Shown: positions 26,277-40,014 of the stretch, piece by piece
Numbering within the stretch: the first letter of the stretch is position 1
Layout of the letters: every line of letters begins with the position of its first letter
From: an uncultured delta proteobacterium
GTDB lineage: Bacteria; Myxococcota; Myxococcia; Myxococcales; Anaeromyxobacteraceae
Direction of reading: 5' to 3'
Length of the DNA stretch: 64,000 nucleotides
NCBI GenBank assembly: GCA_963845515.1
Contig: CAWJSR010000055.1
Coordinates: forward strand, 128,001-192,000
The notes under the pieces: generated by a model
What the model saw: the letters and a program-made list of their open reading frames with translations, nothing else
What the model was told of the DNA's origin: nothing
Databases searched by the model: none
Program-made: the position numbers and the translations under genes

Positions 26277-27401
26277 ATGAACCGCCACGCCAGCATCGCC
26301 CTTCCCGCGGCCGCACTCCTGGCCATCCTCCCCGCCCTCGCGACGATCGGCGGATGCAAGGGCGACGCCGACGCCGGCCCCAGGCCCACGCGCCCCGTCT
26401 CCGTCCGGATGGCCGCTGCCGTCGAGAAGAGCGCGCCGGTGGAGGTCCACTCTGTCGGCAGGATCGTCTCCAACCGCTCGGTCGCCCTCAAGCCGCAGGT
26501 CTCGGGCCTCCTCGTCGCGGCCCGCTTCACCGAAGGTCAGCGCGTCGCGGAGGGGCAGGTGCTCCTCGAGATCGACCGCCGCCCCTACGCCGCTGCGCTG
26601 GCCGAGGCGAGCGCCCGGCGCGACCAGGAGCGGGCGCGGGCCGCCAACCTGAGGGCCGAGGCGACCCGCCTCGCCGAGCTCGCCGCCAGGGAGCTGATCG
26701 GGAAGCAGGAGTTCGAGACGGCGAACGCGAACGCCGCCGCCGCCGAGGCCGGCGCCGCCGCGACCGAGGCGGCCGTCCAGCGCGCCGAGCTGAACCTCTC
26801 CTGGTGCACCATCCGCGCGCCGATCTCGGGCCGGACCGGCCGGCTCCTGGTCCAGCCGGGAAACCTCGTCTCGGCCACCAGCACCGATCCGATCGTCACC
26901 ATCGAGCAGACCCGGCCGGTCTTCGCGTCCTTCACCATCCCCGAGCGCCACCTCTCGCTGCTGCGCCAGCGCGGCAAGGCGCAGGCGGTGGAGGTGCGGA
27001 CGAGCGGCGGCACCGCCGTGACCGGCGCAGTCGACTTCGTCGACAACGCCGTGGACCCGTCGACGGGCACCATCCTCCTCAAGGCGCGGATCGCCAACGA
27101 CGACGAGGCGCTCTGGCCAGGCCAGATCGTCGAGATCAAGGTGGCCCTCGCCGAGCGGGCGAAGGCGATCGTGGTCCCGGCCTCCGCCGTGTCGCAGGGG
27201 CAGCAAGGCGACTACGTCTTCGTCGTGAAGGGCGACCGGACCGTCGAGCTCCGGACGGTCTCCGTCGACCAGATCCTCGGCGACGAGGCGGTCGTCGGGC
27301 GCGGCGTCGCGGTGGGCGAGACCGTGGTCACGGAGGGGCAGCTGAAGCTGGTGCCCGGGGCGAAGGTCGAACCGGCGGACAAGGCGCCGGAGGGCAAGTG
27401 A
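26277..27401 (+). CDS. RND efflux periplasmic adaptor (MdtA-like), lipoprotein
   Basis: PQVSG...FTEGQRVAEGQVLLEID, IRAPISGRTG, DNAVDPSTGTILLKA, LWPGQ. Confidence 0.9.
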   Translation: MNRHASIALPAAALLAILPALATIGGCKGDADAGPRPTRPVSVRMAAAVEKSAPVEVHSVGRIVSNRSVALKPQVSGLLVAARFTEGQRVAEGQVLLEIDRRPYAAALAEASARRDQERARAANLRAEATRLAELAARELIGKQEFETANANAAAAEAGAAATEAAVQRAELNLSWCTIRAPISGRTGRLLVQPGNLVSATSTDPIVTIEQTRPVFASFTIPERHLSLLRQRGKAQAVEVRTSGGTAVTGAVDFVDNAVDPSTGTILLKARIANDDEALWPGQIVEIKVALAERAKAIVVPASAVSQGQQGDYVFVVKGDRTVELRTVSVDQILGDEAVVGRGVAVGETVVTEGQLKLVPGAKVEPADKAPEGK

Positions 27402-30400
27402 ACCTCTCGGCCCCGTTCATCCGGCGGCCGGTGATGACCACGCTCGTCACCGCGAGCTTCGTGGCGTTCGGCCTCGCCGCGTACTTCAAGCTGCCGGTGG
27501 CGGACCTCCCGACGGTCGATTTCCCGACCATCCAGGTCTCCGCTTCGCTCCCCGGCGCCAACCCCGAGACGATGGCCGCCACGGTGGCGACCCCGCTCGA
27601 GCGTCGCTTCTCGACCATCGCCGGGCTCACGGCGATGAACTCCAACAGCCTCCAGGGCTCCACCTCCATCAGCCTGGAGTTCGCCCTCGAGCGGGACATC
27701 GACGCGGCCGCGCAGGACGTGCAGGCGGCGATCGCCGCCTCGGCCCGCAACCTGCCCGCCAACCTGCCGGCGCCGCCGACGCTCACCAAGGTCAACCCGG
27801 CCGACGCGCCGATCCTCTTCTTCGCCCTGACCTCGCCGACGCTGCCGATGTCCCAGCTCAACCGGATGGGCCAGGACCTGATCGCCCAGCGGATCTCGAC
27901 GGTCCCCGGGGTGGCGCAGGTGCAGGTCTTCGGCGCGCAGAAGTACGCGATCAGGATCCAGGTCGATCCGCGCGCCCTCGCCGCCCGCGGCATCGGGCTC
28001 GACGAGGTCGCGGAGGGCATCCGGGCCGCCAACACCAACCTGCCGAGCGGCGCGCTCGGCAGCGGCGCGAGCCGCGCCTGGACCGTCGAGGCGACGGGCG
28101 GCCTCGCCGGCGCTGCAGAGTTCCGCCGGCTGCCGGTCCGCGTGCGGGACGGGGTGACCGTCCGGCTCGAGGACGTGGCCCGCGTCGTCGACAGCGTCGA
28201 GAACGACCAGACCGCCGCCTGGTTCTTCAGCGGCGGCAAGGAGCAGCGCTCCATCGTCCTCGCCGTCCAGCGGCAGCCCGGGACCAACACCGTCCAGGTC
28301 GCCGACGGCGTCCGGGCGCTCCTCCCGTCGATCCAGCGCCAGCTCCCCGCCGCCGCGACCCTCCACCTGCTCTACGACCGCTCCGAGTCGATCCGCCACT
28401 CGGTCCGCGACGTCCAGTTCACCCTCCTGCTCACGCTGGCGCTCGTCATCCTCGTCATCTTCCTCTTCCTGCGGAACCTGAGGGCGACGGTCATCCCCAG
28501 CCTCGCGCTGCCGGTCTCGCTCGTCGGGACCTTCGCGCTGATGTGGGCGATGGGCTACTCGCTCGACAACCTGTCGCTGATGGCGCTCACGCTCGCCGTC
28601 GGCTTCGTCGTCGACGACGCCATCGTGATGCTCGAGAACGTGGTCCGCCACATGGAGAAGGGCGAGGCGCGGCTCGAGGCGACCTTCTCCGGCTCGAAGG
28701 AGGTGGCCTTCACCATCGTCTCGATGACCATCTCGCTCGCGGCCGTCTTCCTCCCGGTCCTCTTCATGGGCGGGATCGTCGGGCGGCTCTTTCGCGAGTT
28801 CGCCGTCACGATCGGCGCCGCCATCCTCGTCTCCGGCTTCGTCTCCCTCACCCTCACGCCGCTCCTCTGCTCGCGCTTCCTCCGCCCGCACTCCGCGTCG
28901 GAGCGGCACGGGCGGCTCTACCAGCTCATCGAGCGCAACTTCGAGTGGGGGCTGCGGACGTACGCGCGGGGGCTCAGCTGGTCGCTCGCGCGCCCCGCGC
29001 CTGGTCCTCGTCCTCTCCGGCCTCGTCTTCGTCGTGATGGTGCCGCTCTGGATCGCGATCCCGAAGGGCTTCCTGCCGAGCGAGGACGTCGGGCGGATCC
29101 AGCTCCAGGCGGAGCCCGCCGAGGGGACGAGCTTCGACGCGGTCTCGAGATCCCTGCGCGCCGCCGCCGCGATCGTCGCGGCGCACCCGGCGATCGACGA
29201 GCTGAACACCAACATCGGCGGGCGCGGCGGGCTCTCCGGGAGCGGCTTCATCAAGCTCAAGCCGCGCTCAGAGCGGCCGCACGTCGACCAGGTGATCCAG
29301 CAGCTGCGCGGCCAGCTCGCGAGCGTGCCGGGGCTGCGGGTCTTCCTCGTCAACCCTCCCCCCATCCGGATCGGCGCCCAGCAGTCGCGCGCGCAGTACC
29401 AGTTCACCCTCCAGGACAGCGACACCGGCGTCCTCTACGACGGCGCGACGCGGCTCGAGAAGCAGCTCCGCGAGCTGCCGCAGCTCACCGACGTCACGAG
29501 CGACCTGCGCCTCTCGACCCCCCGCATCAAGGTGGAGATCGACCGCGAGCGCGCCGCGGCGCTCGACGTGAGCCCGGCCGTGCTGGAGGAGGCGCTCTAC
29601 ACCGCCTTCGGCACGCGCCAGATCTCGCAGATCGACGCGCCGGAGGACCAGTACCAGGTGATCCTGGAGCTGGCCCCGGAGTTCCGCGCCGACCCCGCGG
29701 CGCTCTCCTGGATCAACGTCCGCTCTGCGAGCGGCGCCCTGGTCCCGATCGAGGCGGTGGCGAAGCTCGTCCGGACCGTCGCGCCGCAGCAGGTGAACCA
29801 CGCCGGCCAGCTCCCCGCCGTCACCCTCTCCTTCAACCTCAGGCCCGGGGCGTCGCTCGGCCAGGCCACGACCGCCGTCGAGCGCGCCGCGGCCGAGCTG
29901 CTGCCGGCCACCGTGACGACCGCGTTCCAGGGGACCGCCCAGGCCTTCCAGGCCTCGCTCGCCGGCATGGGGCTCCTGCTCGTGATGTCGATCGTCGTCA
30001 TCTACGTCGTGCTCGGGATCCTCTACGAGAGCTTCATCCACCCGATCACGATCCTCACCGCGCTGCCGTTCGCAGGGCTGGGCGCGGTGATCACGCTCCT
30101 CGCGTTCCGCGTGGAGCTCTCGATCTACGCCATCGTCGGCGTGATCATGCTGGTCGGCCTGGTGAAGAAGAACGGCATCATGATGGTCGACTTCGCCATC
30201 GAGGCGCAGAAGGGCGGTATGTCCCCGCAGGAGGCGATCAAGGAGGCCTGCCTCGTCCGCTTCCGGCCGATCATGATGACGACGATGGCCGCCCTGATGG
30301 GGACGCTCCCCATCGCGCTCGGGCTCGGCGCCGGCGCCGAGTCGCGGCAGCCACTGGGGCTCGCGGTGGTCGGCGGCCTCCTCTTCTCGCAGTTCCTGAC

Positions 30401-30476
30401 GCTCTTCGTGACGCCGGTCTTCTACGAGGTGGCGGAGCGGTTCCGTCACCGGGGAGGCGCGCGTGAGCGAGCCTGA
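27398..30476 (+). CDS. RND efflux permease (MdtB/MdtC-like); frameshift near 28995
   Basis: FIRRPVMTTL, DFPTIQVSASLPGANPETMA, GFVVDDAIVMLEN, GLVKKNGIMMVDFA, RFRPIMMTT. Confidence 0.92.
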
Positions 30477-30945
30477 GCCCTGCGCCGCCTGCGACGTCAT
30501 CGCCGGCCGGCGACCGCCGCCCGGGGGGATCCTCTGGCGCGGCGGCGGGTTTGCGCTACACGCGCTGGCCGATGCCACGCCGATCCCCGGCTGGCTGGTC
30601 CTGACGAGCGAACGTCACGCCCGCGCCTGGTACGACCTGGAGCCGGGCGAGCTGGCGGGGCTGGGGGAGGCCGCCGCGCAGGTCATGGCCGCGCAGCGCT
30701 CGGTGCTGCACGCGGAGCACGTCTACGCCTTCGCCATCGGCGACGTGCTCCATCACTTCCACCTGCACCTCGTCCCCCGCTACGCGGAGACTCCGGAGCG
30801 CCTCCGGGGGCGCCACTGCTTCGATGGGCTTCCGGGGGACATGCTCCCGGCGGACGCGGTCGAGCAGGCGGCGCGGCTCGTCGCCGACAGCCTGTTTCCT
30901 ATGGGTGACTTCCCTCTCCCACACCGGAGGCGAGGGTCAGGGTGA
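30463..30945 (+). CDS. HIT-family hydrolase
   Basis: N-terminal CxxC; HHFHLHLVPRY histidine triad. Confidence 0.82.
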   Translation: MSEPEPCAACDVIAGRRPPPGGILWRGGGFALHALADATPIPGWLVLTSERHARAWYDLEPGELAGLGEAAAQVMAAQRSVLHAEHVYAFAIGDVLHHFHLHLVPRYAETPERLRGRHCFDGLPGDMLPADAVEQAARLVADSLFPMGDFPLPHRRRGSG

Positions 30946-30949
30946 GGGA
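30911..30949. repeat. REP-like element overlapping the 3' ends of two convergent genes
   Basis: tccctctcccacaccggaggcgagggtcagggtgaggga. Confidence 0.6.
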
Positions 30950-31789
30950 GCGAACAGCTCCCGCAGCCCCTCCCGGAAGCTCGGCCAGCGCAGCGTCACC
31001 CCCAGCGCCTCCCGGCTCCACTCCGAGCTGATCCGCCGGCTGGGGCCGGGCGGCGCGCCCTCGCTGCGCGGCGCCGGGATCCCCAGCTCCCCAGCGATCC
31101 ACTCCACGACGTCGCGCCGGCGCGTCGGGGTGGCGTCGCTCCCGTGGTACACGCGCCCCGGCTCGCCACGCAGGAGCGCGGCGAGGACGAAGGCCACCGC
31201 GTCGTCCAGGTGGCAGAAGTTCATCCAGGCGTCGTCCCCTGGCCCGAGCGCGAGCCGGCCGGAGCGGACGCGATCGACGATGCCGGCGCGTCCCGGCCCG
31301 TAGAGCCCCGAGAGCCTGAGGACGCAGGCGCGGGCGCCGCGGGCCGCCGCGTCCAGGACGGTCCGCTCCGCCTCCACGAGCACCTCGCCAGTCGGTCCGG
31401 ACGGCGCCGTCGCCGTCCGCTCCTCGACCACGCCGCCGTCGCGCTGGCCGAAGACCCCCGTCGAGCCGGTGTAGACGAAGGCGCGGACGCCGTTTCGTGC
31501 CGCCCCCTCCAGGAGCGCCTCGTTCGCCGCCACGTAGGCCGTCCGATACGCCTCGACCGTGTCGCTGCGAGGACGACTGGCAGGCGACGATCGCCTCGAC
31601 GTCGGGAGGGATGAGGCGAGCAGCGCCGGGGGCCGCGAGGTCGAGCGCCAGCGGCGTGGCGCCGGCATCGACCAGCGGGCGGAGTGAGTCTGCGCGCCGC
31701 CGGACCGCGACGACCCCGTGCCCTCCGGCGAGCAGGGCCCTGGCGAGAGCGCTCCCCAGCCAGCCGGCACCTGCGACAAGAACGCGCAT
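30937..31789 (-). CDS. NAD-dependent epimerase/dehydratase (atypical SDR); frameshift near 31565
   Basis: MRVLVAGAGWLG; YTGSTGVFG; LRLSGLYGPGR; NFCHLDD; WPSFREGL. Confidence 0.85.
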
Positions 31790-31918
31790 GATCACCCCCG
31801 TCTCAGTTACCACCGTCCGACGTCCCGGAGCCACGGTACAGCCCCTCACTTTCCCAAGTGGCCCCCGTGGCCTACGCTTTTCCCAAGGGTTATCTCCTGA
31901 AGGAAGCGCGAGGACGCC

Positions 31919-32356
31919 TTGTCGACCTTCCTGCTCTCATGGCTCTCGAAGCAGTACGGGGCGCTGGATGCGCAGGTCTTCCTGCGCGAGCAGCCCGGGA
32001 GCTGGCTGGTGCTCGAGAACGAGGCAGGGAGCCCGACCCGCGCCGCCAACCCCATCGCCATGCGCGTCGCGCTCCGCCGCGATCGAACCCTGTTCACCGT
32101 CGGGCGCGATCCATCCAGCGACTTCGTCGTCACCGACCCCGGGGTGGCGCTCGCGCACGCGATCCTGCAGCCCGAGGAGGACGGCGTCTGGTCCATCCGG
32201 CGCGCGTCGGCCGAGTCGCCGGCGCTGCTCGACGGGCTGGAGCTCGGGGACACCCCGATCGCGCTCGGCTCCGGCGCGAGGATCGACCTCGGCGGCGCGC
32301 GGTTCACCTACTACTCCGGTGAGGATCTCCACGCGAGGATGAAGGACGTCGCGTAG
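31919..32356 (+). CDS. FHA-domain protein
   Basis: FTVGRDPSSDFVVTDPGVALAHAIL...LGSGARIDLG. Confidence 0.7.
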   Translation: MSTFLLSWLSKQYGALDAQVFLREQPGSWLVLENEAGSPTRAANPIAMRVALRRDRTLFTVGRDPSSDFVVTDPGVALAHAILQPEEDGVWSIRRASAESPALLDGLELGDTPIALGSGARIDLGGARFTYYSGEDLHARMKDVA

Positions 32357-32362
32357 CCACCC

Positions 32363-34003
<1,641 letters not shown>

Positions 34004-34116
34004 GCCCCGATGCTCGCACGGATGAGTGGGTGGGCAGGGGTCTCGGGCGGGGCTTCCCCGACGACGAGCGCCACGGCTGGCAGCCGGGAGGTTCCACGGC
34101 TAACATCCCATCTCCC

Positions 34117-34989
34117 GTGCTCGCAGCCGCCCTCACCACCCTCGCGCTCGCCGCGTCGACCGTCGCCCCTTGGCAGGCGCTCGAGGCAGGGCTCGACCTG
34201 GGGCGCTTCGAGGGGCCGGCCGGCGGCGCCGGCGACGGCGTGATCACCATCCTCCGGGTCGACCCGCGCCACTTCGAGCTCCGCCTGCTCAACGCCTCCG
34301 CCCCCGGCGAAGGCTCCGCTCGCAGCGCGCGCGAATGGGCGGTCCGGACCCATGCGGTGGCCGCCATCAACGCGGCGATGTACCAGGAGGATCTCCGGAC
34401 CAGCGTGTCGCTCATGCGCACGCGCACCCACGTCAACCACCGCCGCGTGTCGCGCGACCGGACCGTGCTGGCCTTCGATCCCGTCGAGGCGGGGACCCCC
34501 CCGCTCCGGATCATCGACCGCGACTGCGACGACCTCGAGGCCATCGGGAAGGGTTACGGGTCGCTGGTGCAGTCGATCCGGCTCGTCTCCTGCGAGCGGA
34601 AGAACGTCTGGACCCCCGCCGGGCGGCGCACCAGCGCGGCGGTGGTCGGGCTCGACGGCGCCGGGCGACTGCTGCTGGTCCACGCCCGCACGGCCTGGCC
34701 CACGAGCGTGCTCGCGGACGCGCTGCTCTCGCTGCCGATCGACCTCCAGCGCGCGATGTACGTCGAGGGCGGCGCCGAGGCGCAGCTCTTCATCGCCGCC
34801 GGCGGCCGCGAGCTGGAGCTGATCGGGGCGTTCGATGGGATCCCAGCAGTCGCGCAGAACGTGGACGCGTGGCCGGTGCCGAACGTGCTCGGCGTCTACC
34901 GTAGGAAGGCGCAGTTGCGGTCACCAACCCCCTCACCCCTGGCTTCTCCCCCGCCCCCGCGGGGGAGAGGGAAGTCGGACAGCCGATGA
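34117..34989 (+). CDS. Phosphodiester glycosidase (NAGPA)-family secreted protein; start approximate
   Basis: ITILRVDP, AAINAAMY, AMYVEGG, WPVPNVLGV. Confidence 0.7.
   Translation: MLAAALTTLALAASTVAPWQALEAGLDLGRFEGPAGGAGDGVITILRVDPRHFELRLLNASAPGEGSARSAREWAVRTHAVAAINAAMYQEDLRTSVSLMRTRTHVNHRRVSRDRTVLAFDPVEAGTPPLRIIDRDCDDLEAIGKGYGSLVQSIRLVSCERKNVWTPAGRRTSAAVVGLDGAGRLLLVHARTAWPTSVLADALLSLPIDLQRAMYVEGGAEAQLFIAAGGRELELIGAFDGIPAVAQNVDAWPVPNVLGVYRRKAQLRSPTPSPLASPPPPRGRGKSDSR
34928..34972. repeat. REP-like element inside the 3' end of the NAGPA-like ORF
   Basis: cccctcacccctggcttctcccccgcccccgcgggggagaggga. Confidence 0.6.
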
Positions 34990-36136
34990 GCCGTGCACGC
35001 TGGATCGCCACGTTCGCCGGGGCGCTGCTCACGTTCGCGGCCGTGGCGACGCTGCCCGCCCTGGACGCCGCCCTCCCCGGGATCGCCGCCCGCAAGGCGC
35101 GCGCTGCGCCGCCCGGCCCCTTCGGCGAGCGGCTCATCCCCGCCCCGCTCCTCTCGCGCGGCAAGCGGGTGGTCACCAGCAGCGGCGACGGCGACGCGCT
35201 GGTGGACGGTGCCTACCGGACCGGCGCGAAGTGGGGCGGCGGCGAGCCCTCGCCTTCGCGCCCCGCGTGGGCGTCGATCGAGCTCGGCCGCGGTCCGTCG
35301 CGGCTCCTCCTCTCCTGGACCTCCTCCGGCAACCACGACTACTGGGACCAGTTCTACGGCGCGCCGGTGGACTACCGGATCGAGGTCTCCGCCGACTCCA
35401 CCGACGGCCGCGACGGGACGTGGCAGACGGTGGTCGACGTCCAGGGACAACCCGGCCCACGGCCGGGCCCACTCCTTCCCCTTCGCAGGGATGAGCTGGG
35501 TCCGGATGTCGGTGACGCGGCTGCCCGAGAAGGTCAACGAGTGGGGGCTCTTCATCGACGAGATCGACGTCCACGATCTCTCCGACGGCGGGAACGACGT
35601 CTGGGCGTTCCTGGGCGACAGCATCACCTGCGAGACCGCAGACCGCGGCACCCCTCGCCGCCCGGCGTTCCAGGACCAGATCGCCGCGCGCCACCCGGGC
35701 TACCGCCCGGCGACGATCAACGTCGGGCTCGCCCGCTACAAGACCTTCGAGGTGCTCGAGAAGATCGACCAGCTCCTCGCGCTCAACCCGGACGCGCACG
35801 TCTGGGCGATCCTGATCGGCGCCAACGACGGCACGCCCGAGATGGTGCGGGACTCGCTGCGCCCGCTGATCGAGCGGCTGAAGGCCGCCGGGAAGATCCC
35901 CGTCGTCGCCAGGATCGCGTTCCAGACCAAGTACGGACCGGACTACGCCGCCGGCAAGAACGTCATGCTCGACGAGGTGGTCCGCGACGGCGGGGATCGG
36001 CCCGGGGCCGGATCTCTACTCGTGGTTCAAGGCCCACCCCGAGCGGCTGCGCGACGGCCTGCACCCCGACGACGCGGGGACGATCGAGCTGAACAGGCTG
36101 TGGGCGGAGGCGGTGGCGCCGCTCTACCCCTGGTGA
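34986..36136 (+). CDS. Secreted SGNH/GDSL hydrolase with N-terminal discoidin-like domain; frameshifts near 35442 and 35990
   Basis: YRIEVSADSTDG; FLGDSIT, IGAND, and DGLHP in the shifted frame. Confidence 0.8.
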
Positions 36137-36137
36137 C

Positions 36138-36518
36138 CTACACCCGGTCCGAGACCAGCGCCTCGAACTCGCGATCCAGCAGCGTCGGGTCCCCGAGGTT
36201 CAGCTCCACGAGGCGGCGCAGGTGCGCCATGCTCTCGAGGTCGATCTCCTCGCGCCGCACGCCGACGCGCCCCGGCTCGACGTGGGCCATCTCGCCGATC
36301 ATCCGGATGCAGGCCTCGGTCGGCTCCAGCCGGATGTTGAGCGAGCAGGGCTGGCCTCGCCGCCCGGAGAAGTCCTCCGCCACCTGCAGCAGCGCGCCGT
36401 TGAGCGAGACGTCGATCACGTCGACGACGATCCGCTCGGTCCCGAGCACGAGCTCGGCGGGCCGGTGGAACTGGATCCGGGAGAACCTGCGTCGGTTGTC
36501 GTTGGAGCCCTGCGTCAC
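36138..36518 (-). CDS. PilZ-domain c-di-GMP-binding protein
   Basis: RRRFSRI and DVSLNG motifs; tail HLRRLVELNLGDPTLLDREF. Confidence 0.85.
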   Translation of the reverse strand: MTQGSNDNRRRFSRIQFHRPAELVLGTERIVVDVIDVSLNGALLQVAEDFSGRRGQPCSLNIRLEPTEACIRMIGEMAHVEPGRVGVRREEIDLESMAHLRRLVELNLGDPTLLDREFEALVSDRV

Positions 36519-36633
36519 GGTCCACCTCGTGTCCACGGGAATCTTCCGCTGAGGGGCGTCCGAACGCAACCCGCCGGGCGCAACCCGCTTGGGCGCTGCT
36601 AGGATGGTGCAGTCTCGCGGCAGGGGGCCAGAC

Positions 36634-38704
36634 GTGAGCGGCGAAGCCGACAAGAAGGAGCCGGGCGCGGTGAAGCGCATGCGGGCCATCCGCAACCTCG
36701 GGATCATGGCTCACATCGACGCGGGGAAGACCACGCTCACCGAGCGGCTCCTCTTCGCCGCCGGGAAGACCCACAAGATGGGCGAGGTCCACGACGGCGA
36801 CGCCGTCATGGACTGGATGGAGCTGGAGCGGGAGCGCGGGATCACGATCACCTCCGCGGTGACCAGCTTCGAGTGGCACGGCCACGAGCTGCACCTCATC
36901 GACACCCCCGGTCACGTGGACTTCACCGTCGAGGTCGAGCGGAGCCTGCGCGTGCTCGACGGCGCGGTCGCCGTCTTCGACGCCGTCAACGGCGTCGAGC
37001 CGCAGAGCGAGACGGTCTGGCGCCAGGCGGACCGCTACCGCGTGCCGCGGATCGCGTTCGCCAACAAGATGGATCGGGTCGGGGCCGACTTCGCCGCCAC
37101 GCTCGCGTCGATGCGGAAGCACTTCCCCGATCACCGGATCGCCGCGCTCCACCGCCCCATCGGCGCCGAGGGGTCGTTCGAGGGGTTCGAGGATCTCGTC
37201 GGGCGGCGCAGCCACAGGTTCACCGACCCCGAGGATCTGCGGGCCTTCACCACGGCGCAGGGGCTCTCGCCGAGCCGCGGAGGCCGACAGGCGCGCGCTG
37301 CTGGAGGTCCTGGCGGACGTCGACGAGCAGGCCGGGGACGCCTTCCTGGGCGACCGTGACCTCGACGAGCCTTCGCTCGTGGCGGCGATCAGGCGCGCGA
37401 CCTTGTCAGGGCACTTCGTCCCGCTCCTCTGCGGCTCGGCGCTGCGGAACAAGGGCATCCCGCAGGTGCTCGACGCGATCTGCGCCTACCTGCCCTCGCC
37501 GCTCGACCTCCCGCCGCCGGTCGGCGTGAACCCGAGGACCGGGGCGGAGGAGACGCGCGACGCCGACGACCACCAGCCGCTCCTCGCGCTCGCCTTCAAG
37601 ATCTCGCTCCTCGACGAGCAGCGCCGCTTCGTATTCCTGCGCGTCTACTCCGGCCGCGTCGCCGAGGGGGACGACGTCTGGAACGCGACGCTGGGGAAGC
37701 CGGAGAAGATCGCGCGCGTCCTGCTGATGCACGCCGCCCAGAAGAAGCGGGTGCCGTCCCTCGGCGCCGGCCAGATCTTCGCGGTGATGGGGCTCAAGGA
37801 GACCCGGACCGGCGACACGCTGACCTCGCCCGGCCACGCGCTGGTGCTGGAGCGGATCTCCGTCTACCAGCCGGTCATCTCGCAGGCGATCGAGCCCGCC
37901 TCGACGCGCGATCGGGAGCCGCTGCTCGAGGCGCTCGCGAGGATCGCCGACGAGGATCCGAGCTTCAAGTCGGGCGAGGATCCGGAGACGGGCCAGCTCC
38001 TCATCTCCGGGATGGGTGAGCTCCACCTGGAGGTGGTCGTCGAGCGGCTGCGGCGCGAGTTCGGGGTCGGCGTCCGGACCGGCGACCCGCAGGTCCTCAT
38101 GCGCGAGGCGCTCACGGCCTCCGCCGAGGCCGAGGCCGTCTTCGAGCGGAGGATCGACGGCGACGAGATCTTCGGCCAGGCGGCGGTCCGGGTCGCCCCC
38201 CTCGCGCGCGGCGCGGGCTTCCGCTTCGCCATCGCCCCCGAGGCGGCGGCCCTCCCCTTCCTCCGGGACGAGGTCCGGCACCAGATCGCCGACGGGGCCC
38301 GCGAGGCGGCCGACTCCGGCGTGCTGCAGGGCTTCCCGCTCCAGGACGTCGAGGTGACCCTCACCGGCGCGACGTGGCGCGAGGGGGCCTCGAAGCCCTT
38401 CGCCTACAAGGTGGCGACCGCCGACGCCGTCAGGGCCGCGGCCGCGCGCGCGAAGCCGGTGCTGCTCGAGCCGATCATGAAGCTGGAGCTCAGCCTCCCG
38501 AACGAGCACATCGGCGGCGTCATCGGGGCGCTCGACGCCCGCAAGGGGACCATCCTCGACGTCGCGGAGCGGGGCGCCGCGCTGAAGATCGTCCGGGCCG
38601 AGGCGCCGCTCCGGCGCATGTTCGGCTTCGCGACCGAGCTGCGCTCCCTCACGCAGGGGCGCGCGCTCTTCACGATGGAGTTCGACCGGTACGACGCGGC
38701 GTGA
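36634..38704 (+). CDS. fusA: Elongation factor G paralog (stand-alone; frameshift near 37275)
   Basis: [59 protein letters not shown]. Confidence 0.9.
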
Positions 38705-38717
38705 TCGAATCGCCCCC

Positions 38718-39908
38718 TCACCCCGCCTTCGCCGCCGCCCGCGCGAAGCCCGGCGCCGAGCGCTCGATCACCTTCTCGTCCACGCAGAAGGTGAGCCGGA
38801 AGTAGCCGGGCATGCCGAAGCCCCGGCCGGGGACCGCGAGGATGTTCTCCTCCAGGAGGAGGTTCACGAAGGCCTGGTCGTCTCCGCCCGGAGCCTTCGG
38901 GAAGAAGTAGAAGGCCCCCTTCGGCAGGTAGAACTCGATCCCGGCCCCCGAGAGCGCCGCGGCCATCGCCTTGCGGCGCCTGTCGTAGATGGCGACGTCG
39001 ACGCTCTCGTCGATGAGCGCCTCGACGAGCTGCTGGCCGACCACCGGCGCGTTCACGAAGCCGAGGGTCCGGTTGGTCATCGTCAGCGCGTCGACGAGCA
39101 CCTGCACGTCAGGCATCGCCGGGCTCGCGACGATGTATCCGATCCGCTCGCCCGCGAGCGACAGGCTCTTCGAGAAGGAGCCGACCACCACCGCGAACGG
39201 GGAGACGGGGAGGATGGGCGGCACCACCGCGCCGTCGTAGGCGAGCGCGCGGTACGGCTCGTCCGAGACGAGGAAGACGGGGCGCTCGCGCCCGGCGTTC
39301 ACCTTCGCCAGCACGTCGCCGATCGCGCGCAGCGTGGCCGCGTCGTAGATGCAGCCGGTGGGGTTGTTCGGCGAGTCGATGATGAGCGCGCGCGTGCGCG
39401 GGCCGATGGCCGCCTCCAGCGCCGCGAGGTCGGGCGCGAAGTCGGGGGCCTTCGACGGCACCGCCCGGAGCGTGGCGCCGAAGTGGCCCGCGTAGGCGCC
39501 GTACTCGACGAAGTACGGGGCGAAGCAGAGGACCTCGTCGCCGGGCTCCAGCACCGCGCGGAAGAAGGTGACGAGCCCGCCGGCCGCGCCACAGGTGAGC
39601 AGGAGGTGGCGCGCCTCGACGGGGGCCTGCTGCTCGCGCGCGAGCTTCTTCGCCAGCGCTGCGCGGACCGACGGCAGCCCTGCGTTGGGGCAGTAGCCGA
39701 GCCCCATGGGCTGCACGGCGCGCTCCGCCAGCGCCCGGATGGCGGCCGCCGCGGCGGCAGGCGGTGGCACGTCGGGGTTGCCGAGGCTGAAGTCGAAGAC
39801 GTTCGCCGCGCCGACGCGCGCCTTCAGCTCGATCCCGGCGTCGAACATGCGCCGGATCCAGGAGGCGCTCTCCATCTGCTGGCGGATCTGGGGAGTGACG
39901 ATCTGCAT
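38718..39908 (-). CDS. PLP-dependent class I/II (aspartate-type) aminotransferase
   Basis: SWIRRMF, FDFSLGNP, SPNNPTG, SDEPY, SFSKSLSLAGERIG. Confidence 0.92.
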   Translation of the reverse strand: MQIVTPQIRQQMESASWIRRMFDAGIELKARVGAANVFDFSLGNPDVPPPAAAAAAIRALAERAVQPMGLGYCPNAGLPSVRAALAKKLAREQQAPVEARHLLLTCGAAGGLVTFFRAVLEPGDEVLCFAPYFVEYGAYAGHFGATLRAVPSKAPDFAPDLAALEAAIGPRTRALIIDSPNNPTGCIYDAATLRAIGDVLAKVNAGRERPVFLVSDEPYRALAYDGAVVPPILPVSPFAVVVGSFSKSLSLAGERIGYIVASPAMPDVQVLVDALTMTNRTLGFVNAPVVGQQLVEALIDESVDVAIYDRRRKAMAAALSGAGIEFYLPKGAFYFFPKAPGGDDQAFVNLLLEENILAVPGRGFGMPGYFRLTFCVDEKVIERSAPGFARAAAKAG

Positions 39909-40014
39909 CGGCTGGCTCCCTGTTGGCGAGGGCCATCCTTCTACCGCACGGGGCACCCCGGGTGGAACTGGAGGCGCGTGCATCGCCACCTCCCTCCTGA
40001 TACACGTCACCCAT

